From Wickerhamiella versatilis (taxonomy: Eukaryota), in contig JAQOWU010000001.1 of NCBI GenBank assembly GCA_030867685.1, positions 682,001 to 746,000 on the forward strand: a stretch of 64,000 nt of DNA. The letters are read 5' to 3'. Within the stretch, counting starts at the first letter, position 1; the number at the start of each line of letters is the position of its first letter. The notes beneath the pieces are model-generated. The model ran no database searches. It had not been told where the DNA came from and saw nothing but the letters and a program-made list of their open reading frames with translations. This document shows, in pieces, positions 29,988-40,483 of the stretch. A program made the position numbers and the translations under genes.

Positions 29988-32012
29988 ATGTCTTCGAGTC
30001 TTGATGCAAGTTTGGCCATGTCCGCAAAGGCCCATGTGATTAATTCTCACAGTGAACACACTCAGTCCACTCTGGAAATAGAGAGAAGAAGGCTTTTGCT
30101 TGGTGAGGTGCCAGACAATTGGAGACAGACATATTCACCTTCCAGGCATTGCGCCTGGCTACCCCGTTATTCACAAAAAAAATCTCAAGCAGAGCCACAA
30201 GAGACACAGAAGCCACTAGATATGTTGATCACAAATGAAGATGGGGCGTCAGTGGTCCAGCATAATGATGATGAGCCCCTATTTTGTGAACGAATGTTGG
30301 TTCAAACACGTGAATTTGCAAGTCGAGTGGATCGCCCAGGGGATGTTAGGGCAGTCTATGAAGGTGGTAGTCCAACAAGGCTCGATAAAAGATGGAAGGA
30401 GTATCTCGTACTTATTCGTGCACGCCCTTCTGGGGGGGTCAGGCTATACCTTTATGAATACAAAGGCGAGGCTAAAATGCAGAGACGTCTACAGCGTAAA
30501 TGGACACATAGTCTTGAGTACAAGATTTCTTTTGATGAGAATCATGCTTTTTCGATATATCATCCACTTGACTTCAGCATCGCTGTCTGGAATCGTGGAT
30601 CACACAAATCTCCTACAGTATATGTTTTTGTTGCCAGTTCAATATGGTCAGTGGCCAGGTTTATAAGAACACTTTTGATAGCTCAAGGCAGACCTATTGG
30701 TGGTCCTACCACAGTTCACGTGGGAAAGGACTTGGCTGTTCGGATTCCAAATTCAACGCCTAAACCCGTCACTTTAGCAACTTTGGGGGAGGCAAAAACC
30801 ATAAGTCACCCGGTTTTATCATTGAAAAAGCTTATTTGGCAATCAGTCGAACATTTAGTCCCATTTGACCAAAGACCTGGAAGGCATGCGTTAACTTTCG
30901 GCTTTCCGGGGCTTATATACTGGGTGATAGATTCAGTTCTGCCAGTGGTTGATGACTATCTACTTCGTGACCTTGGCTTACAGTTGTCGTTGCTTCCAGC
31001 CCCGGAACCCAGTCTTGATGAGCCGTGGCCAGTGGAGGGCTTTGTTGTGTTTCTAGCGACATTTGGCTTGAAGCGCGACTGTCCACGTTATATATATTCG
31101 CATGAGCATCTTTTATTTTATTGCGATGCGTCTAAAGCATCACCTCCCCCGCAATTAACGCATGAAAGTATTGAAACGAGAATAAATCCATTCACATGGA
31201 GTGACAATATTTCAATAATTAATGAGTGGCATCGAAATCTTGAACTGATTCGAAGGAGCAACGGTGTCATTGATCTCACGATGATAATTAATATTGTCAG
31301 TGAGGAAGACACTATACTTGCACTTGAGTTTGAAAATACTCGATTTCGTCTTGGGTTTCCCACAATGTCAATCAGAGACCTGTGGTCTCTACGACTACGT
31401 GATCTTCTAGATTTTTGGAAGGATATCAGACAGAAACGCACGGATGATCTTCTATCTAAGGCGCTCAATGGTGAGTTCCCTTCAACAGAAAACATTCCTT
31501 ATTCTAGTTCTGAGCGATCAGTGTCTTTTAGTGGTTTTGTCTACATGAAGGGTCATAAATTCTCTTCATTCCGCCATTACCTTGCAATTCTTACAGTGGA
31601 TGCACATATACTTTTCTATCAACGTTCAGATGCTCGGCGGCTTCGTCGCTCAAAACAGGGAATTGTGAGCAGCTCGCCGTTCTGGGAGCTTGCTGACACT
31701 TTTGAACTAGCGCATGGGTATGTTTTCACTGGTCTTACGACGTCTGATATACTTATGGACCGGGATCGAAACTTTGATTCGCAGAATCCCGGAGTTCGCT
31801 CACTACCTCGAGTATATGCAGACGGCTGGCGCTCCGAAGACACAGAACTGGACAGATGCTTTGTATTAATCTCAAAAAGGAAACCTTCAATGTTCAAAAC
31901 CAATGATCACATACGGGTCTTACTGGCACGGTCACAACTGGAACGTAATGCTTGGGTTCGTACCATTCGGCAGGTTATGTCGCGCAAAGACAATTTATTA
32001 ACCGTAATATAG
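29988..32012 (+). CDS. SPO71: Spo71/Mug56-like PH-domain prospore membrane protein (short form)
   Basis: ERMLV, HPLDFSIAVW, EPWPVEGF, LPRVYADGWRSED..DRCFVL, LARSQLERNAWV. Confidence 0.72.
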   Translation: MSSSLDASLAMSAKAHVINSHSEHTQSTLEIERRRLLLGEVPDNWRQTYSPSRHCAWLPRYSQKKSQAEPQETQKPLDMLITNEDGASVVQHNDDEPLFCERMLVQTREFASRVDRPGDVRAVYEGGSPTRLDKRWKEYLVLIRARPSGGVRLYLYEYKGEAKMQRRLQRKWTHSLEYKISFDENHAFSIYHPLDFSIAVWNRGSHKSPTVYVFVASSIWSVARFIRTLLIAQGRPIGGPTTVHVGKDLAVRIPNSTPKPVTLATLGEAKTISHPVLSLKKLIWQSVEHLVPFDQRPGRHALTFGFPGLIYWVIDSVLPVVDDYLLRDLGLQLSLLPAPEPSLDEPWPVEGFVVFLATFGLKRDCPRYIYSHEHLLFYCDASKASPPPQLTHESIETRINPFTWSDNISIINEWHRNLELIRRSNGVIDLTMIINIVSEEDTILALEFENTRFRLGFPTMSIRDLWSLRLRDLLDFWKDIRQKRTDDLLSKALNGEFPSTENIPYSSSERSVSFSGFVYMKGHKFSSFRHYLAILTVDAHILFYQRSDARRLRRSKQGIVSSSPFWELADTFELAHGYVFTGLTTSDILMDRDRNFDSQNPGVRSLPRVYADGWRSEDTELDRCFVLISKRKPSMFKTNDHIRVLLARSQLERNAWVRTIRQVMSRKDNLLTVI

Positions 32013-32258
32013 AGTGTTCTTGACCACTCAACAGACATTTCTAATACTAATCCTAATATCAAACTTCTTCCCTTATTGAGAGATAACTCTATATTAAATT
32101 ATATGAATTTAACAAGGTACTGGTCTAGATTATTCTTAGAACCTCGCTGTAGTTAATGAAAAACACGCGGCATTCATGATTTCTGATTTTCGAGACCCAT
32201 AGTGCTTGCGAAAGCCAGTCCGCAGATTACCAATTCCCGAGACCATGAATATCATGGG

Positions 32259-34526
32259 CTAAGAGATATAAACATAATGATCTTGACCAAAACGCCTAAG
32301 GTAAGCCTTTTCAAGTAAAGCGGTGATAGTTCGTTTGATGTCGCGAACTGTCGGTTGAAATCGCTTATGTGCCTGCTGTGCAGTCTCTTCAACGAGTTGT
32401 GCGTGAGAAAGTTCACGTCGTGCCTTCATAATACGCACAATACAAGCTTCAAGAAACATCCGACGATCCTCCGTGAGTTGCTTCTCCTGCTCATGCTGTT
32501 CGACGCGTTGTTCAGTTTTCAGGGGTAAATTCAAATTCACTCTAGTTTTGCGGCTTTGGAAATTCTCATTAATACGATATGTCGTGCCATCATCACCAGG
32601 TTGACTATCAGAAGGCTCTTGAAGTAGGACTTTCGACTTAACGATATAACCTAGTGATGCTGAAAATATGTCATGCGGCATGTCTCCAACGGATTGCTTT
32701 AAAAAGCTCACATCAAGTTCAGGTGCAGCATTAAATGCGTCTAAAATTGCCATCTGATATATACTCACCAACAGTGTATATCGACCTTTCGCAAAATTCA
32801 TGCGCATTTCTCCTTTTCCGAAGTTCCACAGCCACTTCAAGCGGCGCCCTGAGTGCTGCTTTCCATAGAACTCGCTGTATGCATCGAAAGTGGGGCGGAG
32901 GGAAGATGGGAGATTGAAAGGCACCGACCTATTAGGCAAGGGCCAGAAAGCTTCAGCCAGGACATAGGGCTGGAATTCTGGGCCTTGTGTGTTGACTTCT
33001 TTAAAATGTGCTTGACTATCCGCAGACGTAGCCATGTCTTGAAACATACGTTGTAGCTTGTTTGTGTATTCGAAGCCACATAAATCACTGAGTTTAGTGA
33101 CCATAGCCTGCTCTAGGTCAGAATTAGCAGACGCACCAAGAACTAACCGGCGAGACAATAAGCGGGAATAATTTGCCTCGAATGCATCCTTTTCCTCCAC
33201 AAACCGCAATACTCTTATTATACCATCCAATTGTGAGTTCACATCATTATACTCCGCATTCCTTGAAGACTTTTTAAGAAGCTGGTCACTGAACTTAGCG
33301 AGTAGCTCAGGTGTTTTAGATGGATGAGTCGCAACCGCATTAGAATTAATCACCACGGTACAACCTCGTGCCACAGCCTTTGCCAAGCCTTGATCACCGT
33401 CAAAGGGATCATCAATAAGATTCTCAGAACTATCGTTGATATCCAATAGAGTTCCGATATAACCTCGGGGATCTGGGGGGCCATCGGCCACAAGGCTATT
33501 TATGCGAGATTGACCGATCTCGACGACATATGATTCAAGTTTTTGGGCCACAGGAACCAATGCCCCCTCGACTTTTTGAAGCAGACTATATAGCACATGC
33601 AGGTCATCAATTCTGTTAGCAGCAAGAAGATCAAGAAACTCATTTTGTATAGCTTCCTTGTGATCCTTAATGAGTAGAGATTCGCATTCACTTATTAAAG
33701 CATCCTCAGTGGAAGGATGCAGATAGCGCTTAACGCGGTCAGCCTCTTCCTGAAGTCGTTGGTGTACCCTGCGCATGTAGCTAACAACCCCATGCCCTTC
33801 AAGGTAGATCTGAGATTCGCGGGCATAATAGGTCCGAGTGGCTTCCAAAAATGGTTTCTCGAAATGGGTAGCGTAAAACAACAAGTTGGTTCGTTTGGAG
33901 TTCTGATCATCAAGCCCCACGGCCACCATAGACTGAATACATTCATTCAATGCTGCTGCATCAACAGCCTCACCATTGCGCTCTCGTTCAATCTCATTTA
34001 GAAGGCTCTGGACAATTTGAGGGGCTAGCGGCAGGAAAAAGTGATCCCTCCACAGAACTAAGCAGAGAACACTGACCTCATAAATACCTCTTTGCTTTCC
34101 ACCCTCGTCACGCTCATGCTTCACCCAATGACGATTCAGATAGCTGAATATATGGTCAATGTAGCGTGCACCCACTGTGTAACGGCGCCAGCACCGATTA
34201 TAGTATGCGACTAAGAGGTCATTTTCGCCAGGCGCCTGCGCCAAGAGCGACGCTAGATGGTCCTGCAAATACTGTGCGAGTTGTGAATAGAGTTCTCCAC
34301 CTAGTAGCAGAGCCCCACCATTAGCTGAGGTAGAATCAGGATGACGAGATACCGACGAGGTTGGACCCTGTGTAGCCACACAAAAGTTATGAATGGCTGT
34401 GTACATATTCATATAAACCTCGGGTGTTAGAATACCCTTTTCGAGATCTTTGACCATCAGGATCTCTACGCCATGACGAATATAATGCCATGTGGCGGCG
34501 CCATCTGACGGTCGCGGAAACGACAT
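32259..34526 (-). CDS. CDC53: Cullin 1
   Basis: YMNMYTAIHNFC, YLNRHWVK, KTPELLAK, CGFEYTNKLQRMFQD, HSGRRLKWLW, neddylation site ACIVRIMKAR. Confidence 0.93.
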   Translation of the reverse strand: MSFPRPSDGAATWHYIRHGVEILMVKDLEKGILTPEVYMNMYTAIHNFCVATQGPTSSVSRHPDSTSANGGALLLGGELYSQLAQYLQDHLASLLAQAPGENDLLVAYYNRCWRRYTVGARYIDHIFSYLNRHWVKHERDEGGKQRGIYEVSVLCLVLWRDHFFLPLAPQIVQSLLNEIERERNGEAVDAAALNECIQSMVAVGLDDQNSKRTNLLFYATHFEKPFLEATRTYYARESQIYLEGHGVVSYMRRVHQRLQEEADRVKRYLHPSTEDALISECESLLIKDHKEAIQNEFLDLLAANRIDDLHVLYSLLQKVEGALVPVAQKLESYVVEIGQSRINSLVADGPPDPRGYIGTLLDINDSSENLIDDPFDGDQGLAKAVARGCTVVINSNAVATHPSKTPELLAKFSDQLLKKSSRNAEYNDVNSQLDGIIRVLRFVEEKDAFEANYSRLLSRRLVLGASANSDLEQAMVTKLSDLCGFEYTNKLQRMFQDMATSADSQAHFKEVNTQGPEFQPYVLAEAFWPLPNRSVPFNLPSSLRPTFDAYSEFYGKQHSGRRLKWLWNFGKGEMRMNFAKGRYTLLVSIYQMAILDAFNAAPELDVSFLKQSVGDMPHDIFSASLGYIVKSKVLLQEPSDSQPGDDGTTYRINENFQSRKTRVNLNLPLKTEQRVEQHEQEKQLTEDRRMFLEACIVRIMKARRELSHAQLVEETAQQAHKRFQPTVRDIKRTITALLEKAYLRRFGQDHYVYIS

Positions 34527-34598
34527 GCTGAGTCAATACAGAAAACAACGGAATTAGAAAAAAACAATTAGGCCTAATAAATATACATTTTAATATTG

Positions 34599-35393
34599 TC
34601 AATGCTGCGCACGGTCTACCATTCGAAATAGAGATACCATGAATGTTGAAAACCACAATACCAACTGAAGCAGTAAAAAGGACACAAGACATTTCTCGCG
34701 GTTGCATAGGCCTCCAGGAGCGTGGCATACCCAAGAAGTGTGTATCATAGTGTCAAAATTGAGAGCCAGGCAAGCTCCCAACAAACACAAAAGTACAGTG
34801 TCTATCATAATAAGCTTCATCTTAGACACCGATGTTCTTAGACCTAGAGGCTGCCCGAAAAACTCATCCCATATACTATAAGTAAGATATGGCACCGCTA
34901 TGCAAGAAATTACGATAGCCATTACAATACTTGCCTGAATTTTTGGGGATTCGACGAAAACGTTGCATGCCAATCCCAGAGAAATGATAGAGAACGACCA
35001 GGCACTGCCACGCAAAATCAGTGGAACGTATGGGTTTTTTCGGAGGTATGAGATGATATGTCGCTTCTTTCTCTCCAGATCAAACAAGTTCGCAACGTAC
35101 GCAGCCTCTGGGGACTTTGCAGGTTCAAGTTCGTTAGTCCATTTCTCATTAAGGTTATAAGCCTGTAGTAGATTGGCATCAGTACTCACACCATCATTTC
35201 CACGGCGTTGAGAGTGCATAAACGTATTCCAGCGACCTCTTTCGCGGTCGTCAAACCGGTCTGCTAAGTCGGGTCCTCTCCCCGGAGGGGTTGAGGTAGG
35301 CCTGAAAAACGAAGGCAAAGACCCCGGATCCACAATAACAGGGCGAATATTATCTGCCCATGGCGGCACTGGAGTTAGGACTTCGTTGCTCAT
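34599..35393 (-). CDS. SRF1: Srf1-like phospholipase D regulator (4 TM)
   Basis: VPPW near start, NPYVPLILR, WDEFFGQPLGLR..SKMKLIMID, four TM helices; ATG at 35393. Confidence 0.7.
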   Translation of the reverse strand: MSNEVLTPVPPWADNIRPVIVDPGSLPSFFRPTSTPPGRGPDLADRFDDRERGRWNTFMHSQRRGNDGVSTDANLLQAYNLNEKWTNELEPAKSPEAAYVANLFDLERKKRHIISYLRKNPYVPLILRGSAWSFSIISLGLACNVFVESPKIQASIVMAIVISCIAVPYLTYSIWDEFFGQPLGLRTSVSKMKLIMIDTVLLCLLGACLALNFDTMIHTSWVCHAPGGLCNREKCLVSFLLLQLVLWFSTFMVSLFRMVDRAQH

Positions 35394-35797
35394 AGCACTA
35401 GCCCTATCTGATTTCCTGTCCGAGATCCGTCGAGTGACTAAGGGCTGTTTACCAGTACACCAAACAGAGTCACTCACTATTCTAGGAAGTCGATGACACA
35501 CGAACGGCAATTAGAGTAATATTCACCGTAATGGCAGTTGCCATATCGTTACCCTTAATATATGTCTTTTTTTCTTTTTTTTTGGTTACCAAGGTTAGAC
35601 GAGAGGTCCAAGAATGCTTGCTGACTTGAAACTCTGTTTTCAGAAAGACAAGCATCTTGATATAACTCAATAGCGGGAAAGAATACCTTCTAGCCATTTC
35701 AACCTAACTGACGTGGCCAATCTTCGATGCCCGCACGTGGTTGAATGCGTGTGGTTCCTATAGTGATTAGTCATCGTACTGCGGGACCTGCGCCTGG

Positions 35798-36088
35798 ATG
35801 GAAGTTGAAAACCTTTCACAGCTCGTGGAGGATCTACGCACCGAAATTGATGTGGCAGAAAGCGAAGTAGATAAGTTCGTGGCTACCTCGGTGGAAGAGC
35901 GTGCTTTAGATGCCGCTGGTAACCCTCGGAAAGCAGCGGGGCAATATGCAGTGGCAGCGTACACTCTAGGCTCCACCCTCTTTGCATACCTTCGTAGTGA
36001 GGGCAGTGATCCCAGCAAAGTGACCGGAGAGTTGGGGCGCGTAAGGGATGAGTTGGAGAAGTTGAAGGCTTTATCAAACAAGCAGTAA
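35798..36088 (+). CDS. LRP1: Exosome cofactor Lrp1/Rrp47 (Sas10/C1D domain), minimal 96 aa
   Basis: AYTLGSTLFAYLRSEGSDP...ELGRVR C1D motif. Confidence 0.75.
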   Translation: MEVENLSQLVEDLRTEIDVAESEVDKFVATSVEERALDAAGNPRKAAGQYAVAAYTLGSTLFAYLRSEGSDPSKVTGELGRVRDELEKLKALSNKQ

Positions 36089-36296
36089 TATAATAAGATT
36101 ATGAAGACGACCCCTCTCCCCCTTCCAAAAAAGTTAGGCTATATATTGAATATGCTATTCCCAATTGCTAATGTGAATTCAAAATAATATTATTTCGCTC
36201 ATAGCTTAATTATTGCCTCCGCAACTGCCTGAAGAATTCACTTTCGAATCTGCGGAAAAAAATTTTTGACTAAGACCAATTATTCTGAACCGGCCA

Positions 36297-37286
36297 ATGT
36301 TTAGGCCAGGTGCGACTTCTGGTCGAGCTAGGTCGGGCGTGTTTTCCGTTGGTTCGGTAGAAATACCCACACCTAGCTATATCGTTCCAACCCGGCGGGG
36401 AGCCATTCCACATTTAACCCCAGATCACTCCCCAGTGGTTCCCATCGCTGCGATATACGTTGAGGACTTTTGGCGGGCACCACCAGCATCCTGGAAGAGC
36501 CTGCCGCTCTCAGCAGCACTTAAGTTGAGTGTCACGAGACGGCCAGGAGGCAACTCAAGGCCAGCAAATATGGAAACAATGGGGATCACCACCCATCAAG
36601 GAAAGAAATCTGCGAAAATTACGGAACTGTCTACCATACTACCTGAGCTTGGTGATATTCTTGCAGTACCATATGATGATCCTCAAAAATGGCCGCCAGG
36701 TTCAAACCGGCTACAAAAATTGCGCAAACGATCGGCGGCATGGGCCCCCACCTTTTACCGGGAACGGCAAGGAAAGCCCGTTTTTGCGGCATACGCTAAG
36801 GATGTAATTGATACTGACGACATATATGCGGTAGACGGAACGGCGGGATGGGTTATCTCAGAGCCCTACCCTTTCGAGCAATTACCCGCTGATGACGAAA
36901 AGGTGCGAGTTTTTGGTTTCAATTTTATAAGCAGTCCAGTTGAGGCTGTGCAGCTAATAGAGAATGGTGCAGACTTCATCCATTTGTGTTTGGATGAATT
37001 AGCAAGCCTGGGCCATGCACTGGATGTGGATTGGATTCACCCCAAAAAAGGAAGCATGCATCTGGACCTGAATGATCCCCAATATAAATGTGACATGAAT
37101 CTTATCAATGGCCACGCACGTGCATACATTCACCACATGCTTGAATGCCACGAAATGACTGCGCAAGTTATCCTGCAGCAGCACAATTTACAGGTTTTCG
37201 CAAAGCTATTTGCAGATATACAGTCAAGTCTTGAGCATGGGACGTTTGCTGCAGATTGTGAAAGGTTTTACACGGCATATTCTTAA
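36297..37286 (+). CDS. QTRT2: Queuine tRNA-ribosyltransferase accessory subunit (QTRT2-like)
   Basis: RSG..TPSYIVPTRRGAIPHLTPD and RAYIHHMLECHEMTAQVILQQHNL; lacks the catalytic DSGG motif of QTRT1. Confidence 0.78.
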   Translation: MFRPGATSGRARSGVFSVGSVEIPTPSYIVPTRRGAIPHLTPDHSPVVPIAAIYVEDFWRAPPASWKSLPLSAALKLSVTRRPGGNSRPANMETMGITTHQGKKSAKITELSTILPELGDILAVPYDDPQKWPPGSNRLQKLRKRSAAWAPTFYRERQGKPVFAAYAKDVIDTDDIYAVDGTAGWVISEPYPFEQLPADDEKVRVFGFNFISSPVEAVQLIENGADFIHLCLDELASLGHALDVDWIHPKKGSMHLDLNDPQYKCDMNLINGHARAYIHHMLECHEMTAQVILQQHNLQVFAKLFADIQSSLEHGTFAADCERFYTAYS

Positions 37287-37521
37287 TTTACCTAGACTGA
37301 ACTTAGCTTAGATTGTTCTTTTCTTTAGTTTTATCATCGCCCCTATATTCCTGAAAACTCCGTAGTTAAGCGGCCGTAGCTCACATGTAAACCCCTGCTC
37401 CCTGACCCGCGCCATGCAGGTCAAATGTTTCTAATTCAAGCCCCGCTGAACAATGAGCCCACCTCTCCTTGGTCGCCTATAATACCCTAACCCCACTCTG
37501 GAAGCCTATTCCGTTCGAGGA

Positions 37522-39213
37522 ATGCACTTGAGTACGCTCCGAAAGGCCCTGGTTCGTGAGCCCTCAGTGGATGATTCTGAGGACGAGAACATAGGCACAA
37601 GCATTGAGGACGACGATAGCGTGAGCTCTGGCGCCAGTATAGCGGACGCTTCAATTGCTACCTGGAGCTCACCATCCAGCATCGGGTACCATAGCGGGTC
37701 TACCATGAGCAGCATAGCCACATCTGTGACAAGCGAAGCAGAGATGGACTCTGATCTACCGGAAGAGGACAAGGATGATCTGCGGCAATCTTCCCGGAAG
37801 CACGATAAAGAGTTTCATAAGTTATTCCCAAATGTTCCTGAGGACGAGCGACTTGTTAAGTTCTATACTTGTGCTCTTGCCAGTGATATCCTACTTCAAG
37901 GCCGGTTTTTTGTTACATCCAAGCACATAGGCTTTCACAGCAACATCTTTGGATGGATCACGCACAAGGTGTTTAAACTATCTGATATTGAGGCATTTGA
38001 ACCAAAATCTACTGCAGGGATATTTCCTAACGCAATTCTTGTAAAAATGCGGGATGGCGAACGCTACACATTTGCTACTTTCGTAAACCGAGACGAGGCT
38101 CTTGCCTTACTAAACAAGGTACATCGGTCGGTTGTGCCATATCTGTCGGAACCCGCGGCACAAAGCTCCCCGGAAATTGACCGGATGAGTATAGACGACA
38201 CGGCCCCTGGAATGCGGAGCCACAAGAGCTCCATTAGCCACACGGGAGCAGCGCCACCCCAAAACACTACCACCGAAGAGGACATTCCCCAAACGCATGC
38301 ACCCACAAAATTGCCTCCTGTTGATGAGAAGGAAAATGTTATCATAGATGAGACCGTGGAAGCGCCGATGTCACGGGTTGCGAATCTTTTGTTCGACAAA
38401 AATACTGAGTTTTATCATCACTTTCTGGTTGAAGTCGAGGGAAATCGCGACCTCGACAAGATACCTGCATTTAAGGACAAGAAACGCTATTTCGAGTATA
38501 TCAAGCCCTTGAATGGACCAGTGGGCCCCAAGGAAACAAAATGTAAGTGCACCGAGACTATCGAGTCATGGGATCTTTATGATTCTGCCTCCATCCTACA
38601 AGCAACCGTCACGCCTGATGTGCCGTCAGGCAATGCATTCACAACCATGACGCGTATATGCCTAGCCTGGGCCCCCGAAAATAAAACGGCGCTTAGGATG
38701 AGTACCTGGATCGATTGGACCGGAAAATCATGGTTAAAGGGTCCTATTGAGAAGGGCGCCATCGATGGCCAGACGAGTTTCGCTCAGGATCTTGTCCAGG
38801 AACTGCACGCTAAGCTGGTATCAGGCGAGAGTACCTCGAAGCCCGTGGTTCAGGCACCGCCTAAGAAAGCTAAAGTAAGAAAGTCAAAGAAGGCGCCCCC
38901 AAGCTCGAGCATTCCTGTAAGTGTTCTCGTTGGTACCTTTGCGGTGCTCCTCCTGCTGGGTGCTATATATTTGGGCTTTTGTCATGCTAAGGACAGCCAT
39001 CCATCGAGAGATGTGCACCAAGATAGTCTCACTCTATTGGACCAGGAGCTCAAGTTGTGGGAATGGATTTATGATAGGTCTGCGGTTAATGCTGTCACAC
39101 GCCGCACAATGAATGAAAAGGAAGTTGAAGAAGCAATTCGTATCACGGAAATGAAACTCAAGCATTTGAAAGATGCGCTGGCTATTCCCTCGCGAGAGGG
39201 GAATTTTATTTAA
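37522..39213 (+). CDS. LAM/Ltc/Aster sterol transfer protein (GRAM + one VASt + TM + coiled coil)
   Basis: CALASDILLQGRFFV..FHSNIFGW GRAM domain; KPLNGPVGPK, TPDVPSGNAF, WTGKSWLKGPIEKG VASt domain. Confidence 0.88.
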   Translation: MHLSTLRKALVREPSVDDSEDENIGTSIEDDDSVSSGASIADASIATWSSPSSIGYHSGSTMSSIATSVTSEAEMDSDLPEEDKDDLRQSSRKHDKEFHKLFPNVPEDERLVKFYTCALASDILLQGRFFVTSKHIGFHSNIFGWITHKVFKLSDIEAFEPKSTAGIFPNAILVKMRDGERYTFATFVNRDEALALLNKVHRSVVPYLSEPAAQSSPEIDRMSIDDTAPGMRSHKSSISHTGAAPPQNTTTEEDIPQTHAPTKLPPVDEKENVIIDETVEAPMSRVANLLFDKNTEFYHHFLVEVEGNRDLDKIPAFKDKKRYFEYIKPLNGPVGPKETKCKCTETIESWDLYDSASILQATVTPDVPSGNAFTTMTRICLAWAPENKTALRMSTWIDWTGKSWLKGPIEKGAIDGQTSFAQDLVQELHAKLVSGESTSKPVVQAPPKKAKVRKSKKAPPSSSIPVSVLVGTFAVLLLLGAIYLGFCHAKDSHPSRDVHQDSLTLLDQELKLWEWIYDRSAVNAVTRRTMNEKEVEEAIRITEMKLKHLKDALAIPSREGNFI

Positions 39214-39448
39214 TCACTATATTGCCTGCATTGTGGTCTCTCCATAGTTATTTTACTTTAAATTATGAACCAATATGAATGATGCAACTACTATATCCTA
39301 CTGCAGAGTTACAGGCACCTACAGGCACCTGGAGAGCAAGCAAGTAAGTACGTGAAACAGGTAGGTAGGTGAGTTCCTTATCTCTCCTAAATCATAGCTT
39401 TGAGATCTATGCATCTACTGAGCGTCTTAATTTAAGTACTACACCTTC

Positions 39449-39793
39449 TCACTTCCCTTGGGCAAAATTGGAAGCTAACGAAGCGAGACTCGATGCGTCT
39501 TCACCTTGAAGCCCCGTTTTAAGCGCACCCAGAGTATCTCCGCTATCAACTTGGTCCGACACCAGCGCTGCTTTCGCTTCCCTACCAATGTCTGACTTCA
39601 TAGCCTCTTTGCCTAGGTCTGATTTTAGGAATTTCTGACCCATGTCGCTGTTCATTGAATCGACGACGTGCCCTCGAATCTCAGATTTGTGTTCCATAAC
39701 TTTCTCACCAAATTCCGAGTGAACTACACGTTGCCCTAGGTCGCTGTTATAGGCATCGTATAGTTCCTTAGCAACGTTGCTGTCAGAGCCCAT
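39449..39793 (-). CDS. Small hydrophilic orphan protein with 9-aa repeats
   Basis: ATG-initiated 114-aa ORF in its own intergenic slot; repeated xS(D/E)hG unit. Confidence 0.65.
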   Translation of the reverse strand: MGSDSNVAKELYDAYNSDLGQRVVHSEFGEKVMEHKSEIRGHVVDSMNSDMGQKFLKSDLGKEAMKSDIGREAKAALVSDQVDSGDTLGALKTGLQGEDASSLASLASNFAQGK

Positions 39794-39915
39794 TCTATAA
39801 GAAAATGATGTTAATAACCCCCGCTTTATGGCGGGGGAGGTGGCTCAATAATAATAAGTCAAGGCTTACGTCTGAAACAGCCTTTCGTCACCTGGGCAAC
39901 TGCATGAATATTACA

Positions 39916-40431
39916 CTACCAAAGCCAGAGTTTCAACACCTTTCTGTGTTCCAGCGGTTCATAACGGACAATATTGCGCTGGATAAGCCAGATTACTAGC
40001 GGATTATCCGATGGTGCATACATAGGTTCATTTTGAAGAGATAAATGCACTAATTTCTCTAATACGCCAGCTCTCATTTCACTTGTTGCACCTCCTCCCT
40101 CGATGTGTCTCGAAATCACTTGAATTCGTGCTGGCAATTGCCTTAATACCTCATCGACGTGCACATGCCCCTGTGGAGTGGCTTCCTGCGTATGCAAACT
40201 TTCCTCCATTTCGGTGATGGCCTGCTGACGGTGTTTGATTTCCTCTCTTAGATTCTCGCGCTCCCTGGCTAATTCTCGTACACTGGTCTCCAAGACAGAA
40301 CGACCCCTCCGCGTGTAATCGTCACCTATAAGATCAGGGTCGAAGGCTTGACATAATTTCTCTACCCATTTTGTCGAGATATCCTCAGATTGCAACTCTT
40401 TCAATAGCCTAAGCTTAGCGCCAATGTCCAT
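39916..40431 (-). CDS. Coiled-coil protein, possibly kinetochore CENP-K/Mcm22/Sim4-like
   Basis: Central coiled coil; C-terminus PMY..SDNPLVIWLIQRNIVRYEPLEHRKVLKL resembles the CENP-K head as I recall it. Confidence 0.45.
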   Translation of the reverse strand: MDIGAKLRLLKELQSEDISTKWVEKLCQAFDPDLIGDDYTRRGRSVLETSVRELARERENLREEIKHRQQAITEMEESLHTQEATPQGHVHVDEVLRQLPARIQVISRHIEGGGATSEMRAGVLEKLVHLSLQNEPMYAPSDNPLVIWLIQRNIVRYEPLEHRKVLKLWLW

Positions 40432-40483
40432 GCATGCCGCGACAGACCACTTAGTCCTATTGTGTCTTTGTAAGCAGAAATTG

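Noticed and set aside
32172-32250. Structured-RNA candidate between SPO71 and CDC53 (ATTCATG/CATGAAT ends, GCTT-GCGA-AAGC tetraloop, CGAGACC twice)
   Set aside because: No convincing C/D boxes, ribozyme core or rRNA complement identified; short stems can arise by chance. An Rfam scan would settle it
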